Positions 37,169 through 46,732 of a stretch of DNA of 64,000 nt are shown one piece after another. Every line of letters starts with the position of its first letter. Positions within the stretch are counted from its first letter, which is position 1. Origin of the DNA: a virus; the IMG/VR virus record IMGVR_UViG_3300025703_000002, positions 3,841 to 67,840 of that record; one strand, given 5' to 3'. Below the pieces are notes generated by a model that was given only the letters and a program-made list of their open reading frames with translations, was not told the DNA's origin and searched no databases. A program made the position numbers and the translations under genes.

Positions 37169-38717
37169 TGCCTGGCATTTATATGACGACGGTGGGTACT
37201 GCTTTTCATGTTCAAATATAAATCTACCTAAGAATTTTAAGTCTTCACAAGAAAGATCTGTTTTGGAACAAGAGTTCGTTGAGGCTACATACGACTTTCT
37301 AGGTTTCCGGGGCATTACTGAAGAAACCTTTAGGAAATATAACGTACTGACTAAGATCATCGAAGGTCGGGCACAGTCTCTGTTCTTCCAATACGAGAAA
37401 AACCGAGGCAAGGTCCGGTCTGTTCAACGTAAAGACTTTCATTGGATAGGAGACAAAAGTGACAAACTCTTCGGCCAAGACGTCTTCCCTCCCGCTAGTT
37501 CGAACGAAATCACCATCACCGAAGGTGAACTTGACGCTGCGACAATATTCCAAGTTATCGGACGCCCAGCGGTCTCTATCCACGGCGCTGCTACAGCTCT
37601 CCGAGATTGCCGCCAACAGCGAGAGTACCTGGCATCTTTTAAGAAAATTATCCTCGCTTTCGACGGAGATAAAGCGGGTAAAGCAGCAGCTCAGGCGGTT
37701 GTAAGCTCCGGGCTTTTCGATTTCGATCGACTGTACTGGATCAATTTCCAGGAAGTCCTAAAGGATGCTAATGCCTTCTTAGAGACCGGGAAATCTGATG
37801 AACTCAAGAGGATGTGGTGGAACGCCACGAAGTTCATGCCTGACGGCGTGATTTCTAGCTTCCATCAGTTTGATACAGCTATTGATGACAATCTTTTCCA
37901 GGAACCTATCGGGACTTGGCCCTGGCCTAAACTTCAGGAGATGACTCACGGTCTTCGTCCCGGAGAGATCACCCTTATAACGGCACTTGAAGGTTGTGGA
38001 AAATCTGAAATTGTTCGTGCCTGCGAATACCATCTTTTGAAGAATCACGATGTCAACCTCGGAGTAATTCACCTAGAAGAGCAGAAAGCGAGATCTCTTA
38101 AAGGTCTCGCTGGTCTCCAGCTACAAGTCCCCGCGCATTTTCCTGGGAGGGTCTCAAACGAGGAGATTAAGAAGGCTCTACATGACCTCGTTAAACGTGA
38201 TGATCGGCTCCATGTCTACTCTCAATTTGGATCAGACGACCCTGATGTTATTCTAGATACCATGAGGTTCCTCGTAGCGGCTTGTGGATGTCAGGTTCTT
38301 GCTCTAGACCACATAACGATGCTAGTCACCGGCAAGGACGAGACAGACGAACGGAGGTATCTAGACTACCTTTCAACGAAGATGGGGCGGATGGTTAACG
38401 ACCTAAAGTTCCATCTGATTCTTGTATCCCACGTTAATGACGAAGGAAAGACCAGGGGCTCTCGAAATATCTCTAAGGTGTGCTCTACAAGGGTAGACCT
38501 TATGAGGGATATCGTGGCTGAAGACGAGGTTACTCGAAATACTACCTCGCTGGTAGTTTCCAAGAATCGCTTTGGATCGGTTACGGGGCCTGCTGGACGG
38601 CTTCTCTTCGATCGTGAGACCTTCACCCTCTCAGAACTGCCATTCCTTTCAGAGGAGCCTCTAAAGGGCTCTGGGGGGCATTCTAAGATTATCGATGCAA
38701 AGGAGTTACCGGTATGA
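37122..38717 (+). CDS. DNA primase-helicase (T7 gp4-like)
   Basis: PCP.CG.SSDA..YCFSC Zn finger; TOPRIM ITEGELDA, FDGD.AG, KDAN; helicase G.GKS, LDH, VSH, RGS, KNRF. Confidence 0.95.
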   Translation: MLLKARQPCPCGQSSDAWHLYDDGGYCFSCSNINLPKNFKSSQERSVLEQEFVEATYDFLGFRGITEETFRKYNVLTKIIEGRAQSLFFQYEKNRGKVRSVQRKDFHWIGDKSDKLFGQDVFPPASSNEITITEGELDAATIFQVIGRPAVSIHGAATALRDCRQQREYLASFKKIILAFDGDKAGKAAAQAVVSSGLFDFDRLYWINFQEVLKDANAFLETGKSDELKRMWWNATKFMPDGVISSFHQFDTAIDDNLFQEPIGTWPWPKLQEMTHGLRPGEITLITALEGCGKSEIVRACEYHLLKNHDVNLGVIHLEEQKARSLKGLAGLQLQVPAHFPGRVSNEEIKKALHDLVKRDDRLHVYSQFGSDDPDVILDTMRFLVAACGCQVLALDHITMLVTGKDETDERRYLDYLSTKMGRMVNDLKFHLILVSHVNDEGKTRGSRNISKVCSTRVDLMRDIVAEDEVTRNTTSLVVSKNRFGSVTGPAGRLLFDRETFTLSELPFLSEEPLKGSGGHSKIIDAKELPV

Positions 38718-38865
38718 AATACATGATCGTTCAGACGGTGAGTCTCAAAGGTCTTGAATTCCAGGTTAACCAATACATCAAATTAGGTTGGATTCCCGAG
38801 GGGGGCATCCTCCATATCCCGAGTAGAATAGACAGTACGACATACTGCCAAGTCATGGTGAAGAA

Positions 38866-39129
38866 ATGAAAACAGCCTACCTATGGATATTTTCAGATTT
38901 TATGACCCATCGACGACCTCCTCGATTTGAGATCGTAGCGGATCTTGTCTTCTCTTCTGTGGAGAAGTTTCAAGAACTCGCTAAAGATAGTTCTCTCCCC
39001 GAGAGTGTTGTTAATCTGGTATTAACAGAAGAATTTGATCCTTCGTTTGTAGGGGTGTGCTCTCAGCTTGTCCCCATCCAGGTTCCAGACAGTTTTGATC
39101 GGTGGGATTTTATTCCCGATAAATACTAG
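38866..39129 (+). CDS. Hypothetical protein
   Basis: ORF in replication operon. Confidence 0.45.
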   Translation: MKTAYLWIFSDFMTHRRPPRFEIVADLVFSSVEKFQELAKDSSLPESVVNLVLTEEFDPSFVGVCSQLVPIQVPDSFDRWDFIPDKY

Positions 39130-39139
39130 GAGACTCATT

Positions 39140-39445
39140 ATGACACTGAAAGTAAAAGACCTTAGCGAAGGTGATACCTGTTCCATTAAGCTAACAGTTC
39201 AATCTATCGTCGCAGCAGGGGTATACTGTACAAACTCCGTGTTTCTCTACGGGGATGTCGAAATCGAGAAAATCTATCCCCGACCTCTGAAGGTGGGTGA
39301 CATCGTTAACAATGGTGGAATTGTCAAATACATCCTCCTATGTATTGACGGGGACCAGGCCTTTATTCGAAGGCTCAGTGCCTATCCGAATCATTATATG
39401 GTCGAGGTACGAAACTTAACGCTTGACAATCCTTCGAATTCATGA
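39140..39445 (+). CDS. Tandem SH3/KOW-like protein (member 2)
   Basis: VKDLSEGD..PRPLKVGDIV..Y.LLCIDGD.AFIR. Confidence 0.6.
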   Translation: MTLKVKDLSEGDTCSIKLTVQSIVAAGVYCTNSVFLYGDVEIEKIYPRPLKVGDIVNNGGIVKYILLCIDGDQAFIRRLSAYPNHYMVEVRNLTLDNPSNS

Positions 39446-39478
39446 TACCCTATCTTTACCTTCCCAAGGGTTCACCTA
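39423..39478 (+). promoter_or_regulatory. Promoter module copy 2
   Basis: TTGACA-N17-TACCCT (TGn), then TACCTTCC..AAGGG as at 29209. Confidence 0.65.
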
Positions 39479-39495
39479 TAATCTAGGAGCAAATA

Positions 39496-39816
39496 ATGCC
39501 TAAGGTTTCGGATCTCCGTCCGGGAGACAAGTTTCTAGTCGAATTCATATGCTCTTCTTATCTTGAGGCTCCTAAGATGGGCTGCGTAGCCTTGCTAAGT
39601 ACAGGTCACGGGGGAAGCTACACCTTCCACGAGGTGAGTTGTGAGGTCCACAGTATTCTTCCCAAACCAATATCTGTCGGAGATACTGTGTTGGCAGGTC
39701 GTACGACTGAACCGTATAAGGTTCTTGCTATAGATGGCGCAAATTCGTGGCTAAAGCACTGTGCTAGTGGGGTGAATTATGCGTCTCCGGTATCGATTCT
39801 CAAGAGGATTTTATAA
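39496..39816 (+). CDS. Tandem SH3/KOW-like protein (member 3)
   Basis: VSDLRPGDKF..PKPISVGDTV..YKVLAIDG..SWLK. Confidence 0.6.
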   Translation: MPKVSDLRPGDKFLVEFICSSYLEAPKMGCVALLSTGHGGSYTFHEVSCEVHSILPKPISVGDTVLAGRTTEPYKVLAIDGANSWLKHCASGVNYASPVSILKRIL

Positions 39817-40133
39817 TGGATTTGTTTGATACGATTAAGAAGGGCGACAAGATCGTCTTTGAGCTTACGGCGGAAGAAGATTCAAGCCTCGGGTGGGTCA
39901 CGGTATCCTCTCCGAAGAGTGCCACCAGCCTTTACAAGGATGGGTGGATAGGGAACAGTATCGTAAAGGTTATCCCGAGGTCGATAGCTGTAGGAGATAT
40001 TGTTACTTCTAGCTGGCCGTATACTGAGGAGTATGAGGTTCTTATGATTGACGCCGATCTAGCGTGGGTTAAGGTACGTCAAGGTAGAGATCACTATACG
40101 ATTGATACCTTTTATCTTACGAGGGTTCCATGA
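39816..40133 (+). CDS. Tandem SH3/KOW-like protein (member 4)
   Basis: IKKGDKI..PRSIAVGDIV..YEVLMIDAD.AWVK. Confidence 0.6.
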   Translation: MDLFDTIKKGDKIVFELTAEEDSSLGWVTVSSPKSATSLYKDGWIGNSIVKVIPRSIAVGDIVTSSWPYTEEYEVLMIDADLAWVKVRQGRDHYTIDTFYLTRVP

Positions 40134-40462
40134 AAGTCCTTGTCACAGGTTCTTCTAAGGCGTTCAAGAGCGAGACAATCTACAAGGCTCTTAACACTCT
40201 CCACAAAGACCAAGGAATCCACCTAGTCTTTATCACGAATGACAACGGGTATGCCTATCTGGCTTCTGTCTGGGCGTCGGACAACAAGGTTCCTACGAGG
40301 CTGTTCCTTCCTGTCCGCTCAGAGGATTGTCGAAAGGTTAACCAAAGGATGATCGATGCAAAGCCGGACCTTGTCCTAGCCTTTCCGGGAGAGATTCCGA
40401 CGATTGATCTCGTCACCCGTGCGACGAAGACAAAGATTCCTGTTATCGAGATCGAGGGTTAG
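40130..40462 (+). CDS. YspA/SLOG-like (DUF2493-type) protein
   Basis: MKVLVTGS..LA..WA..N.V..NQRMID.KPDLVLAFPG. Confidence 0.7.
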   Translation: MKVLVTGSSKAFKSETIYKALNTLHKDQGIHLVFITNDNGYAYLASVWASDNKVPTRLFLPVRSEDCRKVNQRMIDAKPDLVLAFPGEIPTIDLVTRATKTKIPVIEIEG

Positions 40463-40599
40463 ATGGCAAATTGGGTCGGAGACATCTTCGCAGGAGTTTT
40501 AGGATTCTCTCTCGTAGCTCTTGTTGTAACTTTGGTCGGAGTTTTGATTTACTCGGTGATTCTTGAGGCCAAGTCTTGGTAAGATAACAAAAGAAGAAA

Positions 40600-42438
40600 A
40601 TGCGAATAATTCTCGATTGTGAGGCGAACGGATTAAACCCTGACCGTATCTGGTGTGTCGTCGCTAAGGATTACGACACCAAAGAAGTCTTTCACTTTGA
40701 TCGATGCTGGGAAGATTATGAACCTCTTAGACAGTTTATTCTTAGGAACCGCGATTCTACTTTTATTGGCCATTATTTTCTTGGGTATGATCGCCGCGTA
40801 CTCAATTCTCTCATATCTCATGGGGTAGAAGTTGTTAAACCTAGTCAAGTCATTGATACTCTGGTTCTTAGCCGTATGTTTGATTTTTCCATTGCTGGTG
40901 GGCATGGTCTTGCTGCTTGGGGTGAGAGGTTTGGTATTGCTAAGCCAGAGATTGCACAGTGGGATCGATACGATCCTGGAATGCTTCATCGATGCGATCG
41001 AGACGTTGCTATCAATGAGAAGCTCTTTGAGAAATACGAGAAATATGTAGACTCGGAGCGATGGAAACTGCCGCTTAAGATAGAGATGTCTGCGGCCAAC
41101 TTCTGCAACGACCTACATCAGAATGGATTTCCTTTCGATAAACCTGCGGCGGAGACTCTAGTCTCCAGGTGGGAGGAAGAACGTGACGAGATCAATCGAG
41201 GATTCGCCGAAGACTTCAAAACGAGATTTCGGGCCATTAAAGTTATCCGTCCGGTACTTACCAAAGCTGGAACGATACATCGTGGTGATTTCAGGTGGTA
41301 TGACGGAGATCTCGGGATATTTTCCGTTGGATGCCCGTTTACCCTTATTGAGTCTGTTGAATTCAATCCTGGGTCGAAGCAGCAAGTTATTGACAGGCTC
41401 TGGGATGCAGGATGGCATCCTTATAACAGAACAGCAGGTCATGCCGATTATCTGCGGACTCGGAAGAATCTCAGGACTGTAGAGAGGACCGAGTATTTTA
41501 ATCGTTACGGGTGGAAGATAGACGAGCAGAATCTAGCGACTCTCCCTCCTGAAGCCCCGAAGTCAGCCAAGAAACTCGTTCGATGGCTCGGATTGACCGG
41601 TCTGATCTCTCAGCTTAAGAACCACCTTTCGCTGTATAACCAGGAGACTGGGAGTGTCCGTGGGGAGTTTAATTCGATTGGGGCGTGGAGTCAACGTGTT
41701 GCTCACTCTGGGCCTAATATGGCCAACCTTTCTAAGTTACGTGAAGTCAGATCTCTTTGGAAGGCCCACAAAGACCATGTTCTTGTTGGTTGTGACGCCG
41801 CTGGTATTCAGTTTCGTGTCCTGGCTCACCTTGTAAATGACCCCGATTTCATTCAGGCGACATGTTATGGAGTAAAAGAGGATGGAACAGATATTCATAG
41901 CGTCGTTTGGAAGAAAACGTCCCCTGCATGTCCTAGTCGCGATGACGCAAAGAACTTCAATTATGCCTACGTTCTTGGTGTTAGACCCCCCAAAGTATCT
42001 CAAATGTGGAAATGCACAGTTCCGGAGGCGATTGAAGCGATCGGGATGTTCCAGAACTCTTATCCTGGGCTGGCTGAACTTCAGAATGTACGTATTCCTT
42101 CTGAAGCCGAACGGGGATATTTTGAGGGCCTTGACGGCCGTTTTGTAAAACAGTCAGAAGCAAGACTCGTCCTTGCAGGGCACCTCCAGAACGGGGAGAA
42201 GGTCATAATGTCGTTGGCCAGGATGCTCGCCGAGGACAAGATGAAACAAAAGGGTCTAGAATACGTCTACGTCAACTGGGTCCACGACGAGTTCCAGATC
42301 TCGTGCCCTCTTGAGCAGGCAGAAGAGATCGGAATGATTCACAAGATAGCAATTCAAGACGCGGGAAAGATTCTTCGTTTGAACGCCCCGATGGACGGAG
42401 AGTTTAAAGTAGGTAGAAGTTGGGACGAAACTCATTAG
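40600..42438 (+). CDS. polA: DNA polymerase family A (T7-like, with 3'-5' exonuclease)
   Basis: ExoI DCEANG, DTLVLSR; motif A VGCDAAGIQFRVLAH, motif B RDDAKNFNYA, motif C VHDE. Confidence 0.95.
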   Translation: MRIILDCEANGLNPDRIWCVVAKDYDTKEVFHFDRCWEDYEPLRQFILRNRDSTFIGHYFLGYDRRVLNSLISHGVEVVKPSQVIDTLVLSRMFDFSIAGGHGLAAWGERFGIAKPEIAQWDRYDPGMLHRCDRDVAINEKLFEKYEKYVDSERWKLPLKIEMSAANFCNDLHQNGFPFDKPAAETLVSRWEEERDEINRGFAEDFKTRFRAIKVIRPVLTKAGTIHRGDFRWYDGDLGIFSVGCPFTLIESVEFNPGSKQQVIDRLWDAGWHPYNRTAGHADYLRTRKNLRTVERTEYFNRYGWKIDEQNLATLPPEAPKSAKKLVRWLGLTGLISQLKNHLSLYNQETGSVRGEFNSIGAWSQRVAHSGPNMANLSKLREVRSLWKAHKDHVLVGCDAAGIQFRVLAHLVNDPDFIQATCYGVKEDGTDIHSVVWKKTSPACPSRDDAKNFNYAYVLGVRPPKVSQMWKCTVPEAIEAIGMFQNSYPGLAELQNVRIPSEAERGYFEGLDGRFVKQSEARLVLAGHLQNGEKVIMSLARMLAEDKMKQKGLEYVYVNWVHDEFQISCPLEQAEEIGMIHKIAIQDAGKILRLNAPMDGEFKVGRSWDETH

Positions 42439-42445
42439 AGGGATA

Positions 42446-43504
42446 GTGATGTTTACCTCCCACAATTCCTATAAAGATTATAGATTCAGTGACTTTATTT
42501 GCCATTCGTTCCTCTTCGAGAATCGAGAAAGAGCCCTTCATAGAAATGAATCTACTGTGTCAGGAACCTTTTCGGTCTCTCAGATAGAGGCCCTCATTAG
42601 GGAATTCTGTAATCGAGAGGAAATTTCCTATTCGCTTCAGGCTGTGAACGGATTGGATTATGTTGTTAAGTTCACATCTGGTGGGGACACAACAGCTTTC
42701 CTCCAAATGGGTTTCGACCCTACTGGGAGAGCTAAGAGTTTTTTAGGGGCAGTCAAGACTAAGATAACATTTGTCATCTACGGAAAAGAGAGTTTCATTA
42801 CGGATTTCTGTTCTTGGGTAGAGAAAAATCTTGAGCAGGAGTCGTTCTCCTCGGTAAAATGGTTCTATACAGACAACTTCGGGAAGATTAATTCCACATA
42901 CCTCTCGGTGGATTCTCCCGGAAAGATCTATGATGAATTTTATCCCTTTCTTGAAGGCGGCGTTTCTCATTTTCTAGAGAAGTTTCTTGCTTCGAATGAG
43001 TCGATTCTTATTCTGCTCGGACCACCAGGAACTGGTAAGACATCCCTGATTAGGAAGATGATCTCCGATTATAAGAAAGAGTCTGCTATAACCTACGAGG
43101 ACTCGACCCTAGAAAAAGATTGTCTATTCATAGAATTTATGACATCGGACACATTAGAACTCTTAATTCTAGAGGACAGCGATATCCTCCTACAGAAACG
43201 AAAAGAGGGTAATAGGACGATGAATAAACTTCTGAATGTTTCAGAAGGTTTGATTAAAAATCGACGGAAGAAGTTAATCTTTACCTCGAATGAAACCGAT
43301 ATCGATCGAATAGACGAAGCTTTGATTCGACCCGGGCGATGCTTCGGAACAGTCTTGTTCCGTGAACTCTCTTACCCGGAGATTTGCCTAGCTGCTAAGG
43401 CAGCCGGCGTTGATCCCCCCTCCGAAGATCGATCGTATCCTCTCGGAGAACTCTTTAATCGGACCACGTCACCGAAGTTTAGTTCTAGAGTTGGATTTCT
43501 TTGA
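42446..43504 (+). CDS. AAA+ ATPase
   Basis: GPPGTGKTS, LILED.D, LLN..EG, D.ALIRPGR. Confidence 0.85.
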   Translation: MMFTSHNSYKDYRFSDFICHSFLFENRERALHRNESTVSGTFSVSQIEALIREFCNREEISYSLQAVNGLDYVVKFTSGGDTTAFLQMGFDPTGRAKSFLGAVKTKITFVIYGKESFITDFCSWVEKNLEQESFSSVKWFYTDNFGKINSTYLSVDSPGKIYDEFYPFLEGGVSHFLEKFLASNESILILLGPPGTGKTSLIRKMISDYKKESAITYEDSTLEKDCLFIEFMTSDTLELLILEDSDILLQKRKEGNRTMNKLLNVSEGLIKNRRKKLIFTSNETDIDRIDEALIRPGRCFGTVLFRELSYPEICLAAKAAGVDPPSEDRSYPLGELFNRTTSPKFSSRVGFL

Positions 43505-43893
43505 TGCTACCCCTGTTTCTTCTACTCCTTGTATCCCATTTTGTCGCGGACTTCGTATGCCAGACTCATTGGCAGGCAACAAATAAGAGTAAAAATAATG
43601 CGGCATTGCTAGAACATGTCGCAACCTATACTGTCGTGATGGCACTTACGAGTTGGTTCATTTCCCCCCTTTTCCCCCGTCTAGGAGAGAGCCGGGACCT
43701 TCTTGCGACGTGCCTCCTATTCTCTTTCGGAAATGGTGCCCTTCACTTCGGGACAGACTACGTGACCTCAAGGATCAGCTCAAAGCTTTACGCCAAGAAA
43801 GACTTCCATAACTTCTTTGTAGTAATCGGATTCGACCAGTTAATCCATCAGGTTACTTTGGCGGGTACTATGTACCTTGCATTTTATAGATAG
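43501..43893 (+). CDS. DUF3307-type membrane protein
   Basis: HF.ADF..Q..A.NKS, H, HF.TDY, GFDQ..H. Confidence 0.8.
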   Translation: MMLPLFLLLLVSHFVADFVCQTHWQATNKSKNNAALLEHVATYTVVMALTSWFISPLFPRLGESRDLLATCLLFSFGNGALHFGTDYVTSRISSKLYAKKDFHNFFVVIGFDQLIHQVTLAGTMYLAFYR

Positions 43894-43917
43894 GAGATCA
43901 CCCTGAAAGCCCCTCCC

Positions 43918-44406
43918 ATGACCCCTCCCGATCTCGACCCCGTGCAGTTGGAATCGCTGGCGAAGGTGGCCGAGCGCCTTGAAGCCCATAATCAACTGCC
44001 CGTTCCAATGACCTACGCATTCGATCAATCCTATTTCAGCGCGCATATGTCGCCAGCGCTATTTATCGCCCTCCTAGCCAGATGCAAAGCGGTGGAGGTT
44101 GAAGTCGAGCGCTATCGCGATGAAATTGAGAATCACACTTCCGATCTCGCCCTTGCGATCTGCATCGCAAATTATTACGATCTTGCGCGCGAGGTTGGTG
44201 CTGATCCGAAGATGGCACCGTTTGATGGCATCTTAGAGAAGTTTCGCCAGCTAATCGCCGAACGCGACGCAGCTACTGCCCTGGTCATCGACGCCGTGCT
44301 TGTGGAGGTCAGGAAGAAAGAGCCACTAGAGGATTGGGCGGTAAAGCGCCCTCGCACCGCCGCAGAAATCGAAGCCGCGATAGAGAAGCTTAGGAGGAGC
44401 GAGTGA
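43918..44406 (+). CDS. Hypothetical (Ead/Ea22-like) protein
   Basis: SP...ALL coiled-coil pattern. Confidence 0.5.
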   Translation: MTPPDLDPVQLESLAKVAERLEAHNQLPVPMTYAFDQSYFSAHMSPALFIALLARCKAVEVEVERYRDEIENHTSDLALAICIANYYDLAREVGADPKMAPFDGILEKFRQLIAERDAATALVIDAVLVEVRKKEPLEDWAVKRPRTAAEIEAAIEKLRRSE

Positions 44407-44672
44407 CACGCAAAGCCGAAACGATCGAGTCTATGACGCGCGCCCATTGTTGCCCTGACGGCTGCATGTACCCTGGCTGTAACCATGCGCGCACCGCGCT
44501 GGGCAAAGCGCGCATGTCAGCCGCCCTCTCCGTCGTCCGAGCGATCGTGTTCGAGGAAGTAGATCAAGTCGCGGCGCATTACTGCACACAAGAGGCGATC
44601 GAGTTCGCCAACCAGTTCAAAGCCGCGCTGATCGAGCGTTTGGGAAAAGGAGAACCACATGAAAAGCGTTGA
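44403..44672 (+). CDS. Hypothetical protein
   Basis: Coupled ORF. Confidence 0.5.
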   Translation: MTRKAETIESMTRAHCCPDGCMYPGCNHARTALGKARMSAALSVVRAIVFEEVDQVAAHYCTQEAIEFANQFKAALIERLGKGEPHEKR

Positions 44673-44885
44673 ATTTTGCTATTGGCTGCAAGGCATGTTC
44701 GAACTCGCGAACCCTAAAACGCTGGATGAAAATCAAACAGAACTAATTCGCCGACATCTTGCGATGGCGTTTCAGCATGACATCGATAAAAAAGTATCGC
44801 CGGAGGATAGCCAAATATTGAACAACTTGCACCACGGCAACCCGCCGAATATGCCGGTTATGCGGTGCTGATCGAGCGTTTGGGA
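44627..44885 (+). repeat. 19-bp direct repeat GCTGATCGAGCGTTTGGGA flanking one gene
   Basis: Copies at 44627-44645 and 44867-44885. Confidence 0.85.
44659..44871 (+). CDS. Hypothetical protein
   Basis: FCYWLQG.FEL..I..HL..F motif; RBS AAGGAG. Confidence 0.7.
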   Translation: MKSVEFCYWLQGMFELANPKTLDENQTELIRRHLAMAFQHDIDKKVSPEDSQILNNLHHGNPPNMPVMRC

Positions 44886-44893
44886 GGTGGGAA

Positions 44894-45097
44894 GTGATGT
44901 TTGATCCAGACATAGGAATGGGCTGCTGTATCGGATGCGTCGGGTGTGGTTTGGGTATTTCTCTTATTGCAGATTGGAGTGCGGTATTCGTATGTGCTTT
45001 TATGTTTTGCGTTTATGGCATTGCAACTTTTATTAGCGTGTTGGTGCGGCGATATCGAATCGTCCGCCGCACCCCCGAACCCGAGGAACGATCATGA
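44894..45097 (+). CDS. Small membrane protein
   Basis: Two hydrophobic segments; RBS GGAGG. Confidence 0.5.
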   Translation: MMFDPDIGMGCCIGCVGCGLGISLIADWSAVFVCAFMFCVYGIATFISVLVRRYRIVRRTPEPEERS

Positions 45098-45393
45098 GCT
45101 TTGACACAATCGCAATTCTTAAGGACAACGAATTGCTTCGCGCCGAAATCACCCGCCTCACCGAAGCGCTTGAGAAGGCAATGAAGAAGATAGAGAAGAT
45201 GCGGGAGACCAGCTTTGTTGCTCAGGTGACAATCGAACAGATGCGTCCTTACTTCACACACTGGGACAGTCAAGTGCGAGGGCACGGTCCCCAGTCGTCG
45301 ATATGGCATACCAGCGACACGCCAGTAACCTACAAACATCATGAAGCCGTGCTCGCCGCCCTCGTGTCTCCCGCCGAGAAGGATTCACAATGA
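45094..45393 (+). CDS. Hypothetical coiled-coil protein
   Basis: Coupled ORF. Confidence 0.5.
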   Translation: MSFDTIAILKDNELLRAEITRLTEALEKAMKKIEKMRETSFVAQVTIEQMRPYFTHWDSQVRGHGPQSSIWHTSDTPVTYKHHEAVLAALVSPAEKDSQ

Positions 45394-45887
45394 CAAGAGC
45401 AGTTATCTTCGACATTGACGGGACACTTAGTAATCCCGAACATCGGCTTCATTTCGTCAGAGGTCCTAAGAAGGACTGGGACTCATTCTTCGCGGGGCTT
45501 TCCGACGATCCTCCGGCAAAGAATATTCTGGATCTTTGTCAGGAACTTTCCTTTGGAAGCAAGATCCTAGTGGCCACAGGACGACCTGAGAAGTATCGAT
45601 GTGCTACTAAGCGATGGTTAGATTCCTTTGGAGTCTACCTCGATCAACTTTATATACGGCCTGACGATGATACCCGTCCGGACCACATCGTAAAGTCCCA
45701 GATCCTCGATGGTATTTATGCGGATGGCTATGAGCCTTGGCTTGTTATCGATGATCGTCAGTCTGTTGTCGAGATGTGGAGGGATCGTGGACTGACGTGT
45801 CTACAATGCCGTTCTGACGTTCCAGGAAAGGTTCGTCCTGGGTATACTCCATCATACGCAATGAATAGAATCGAGGAAGAGGTATGA
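45390..45887 (+). CDS. HAD-family 3'-phosphatase (PseT phosphatase-like)
   Basis: FDIDGTL, TGRPE, R.D..VK, DDR..VV.MWR. Confidence 0.88.
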   Translation: MTRAVIFDIDGTLSNPEHRLHFVRGPKKDWDSFFAGLSDDPPAKNILDLCQELSFGSKILVATGRPEKYRCATKRWLDSFGVYLDQLYIRPDDDTRPDHIVKSQILDGIYADGYEPWLVIDDRQSVVEMWRDRGLTCLQCRSDVPGKVRPGYTPSYAMNRIEEEV

Positions 45888-46096
45888 GTTACAAGAGAGT
45901 TAAAATCAAAGTCTGTGACTGGGTTCGCCCGCAGTCTAAACAATATAATGCCGAAGAGTTCATGCAGAAGATTAAAGAGGCTTATTCCTACATCCAAGAA
46001 GCAGACGATTCCGGGAGTGTCGATCATTGCGCCTCCCAATTTCAGGACTACTTCATTGAGACAGAGTACATTTCTACAGAAGATGGGGGTATTTAG
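45884..46096 (+). CDS. Hypothetical protein
   Basis: Coupled ORF. Confidence 0.5.
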   Translation: MSYKRVKIKVCDWVRPQSKQYNAEEFMQKIKEAYSYIQEADDSGSVDHCASQFQDYFIETEYISTEDGGI

Positions 46097-46644
46097 TGGC
46101 AGAGATCTACTTTGTGTCTGATACTCATTTTTGCCACGGAAATCTGATTCATTTCGAAGGGGGCCGTCCAGAGTTCTCCTGTGCCGACGAGATGAATGAG
46201 ACGATGATCTCTAGGTGGAACTCAGTCATCCGGGAGCAGGACAAAGTTTACCATCTCGGAGACGTCACGTTCCGTTATGACGGTAAGTTTAAGGAGATCA
46301 TGTCTCGATTGAAAGGCCATAAGAGACTTATCGTAGGCAACCACGACCACATAAAGAATCCTGCCCTACAGATTCATTTTGAGAAGATCGATCTCTGGAC
46401 GGGAGGAAAATTTAAACACCTCGGCTTTATTGGGAGTCATGTACCGATCCACCCCGGTCACTTTGGTAAATGGCCTCTAAACGTCCATGGGCATACCCAC
46501 AGAAGGTTTGTTATGGAAACTCTAGGTGAACTGGATAATTATGGAGAGATTCCCGATCCTCGATACATGAATATCTGCGTCGAGCAGACCGATTATACCC
46601 CGATTCACGTCGATGTGATTATTGAAAGGGTTAAAGAACTCTGA
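46096..46644 (+). CDS. Calcineurin-like metallophosphoesterase
   Basis: SDTHF.H, HLGD, GNHD, SH.P, HGHTH. Confidence 0.9.
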   Translation: MAEIYFVSDTHFCHGNLIHFEGGRPEFSCADEMNETMISRWNSVIREQDKVYHLGDVTFRYDGKFKEIMSRLKGHKRLIVGNHDHIKNPALQIHFEKIDLWTGGKFKHLGFIGSHVPIHPGHFGKWPLNVHGHTHRRFVMETLGELDNYGEIPDPRYMNICVEQTDYTPIHVDVIIERVKEL

Positions 46645-46652
46645 TAAAAGGC

Positions 46653-46707
46653 TTGACATTCTTTCTAGATATGGTATTATATATTTAAGGTAGTGATTCC
46701 TACCTTC
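46653..46707 (+). promoter_or_regulatory. Sigma70-type promoter with leader hairpin before SSB gene
   Basis: TTGACA-N16-TATTAT (TGn); AAGGTAG..CTACCTT hairpin. Confidence 0.7.
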
Positions 46708-46732
46708 GATTTCAATAAGGAAGAAAATTAGT

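Noticed and set aside
41930-41985. PolA motif B with Leu at the second Tyr position (KNFNYAYVLG) as a sign of modified-base DNA
   Set aside because: To my recollection similar variants occur in ordinary phage PolAs, and no base-replacement pathway genes are seen.
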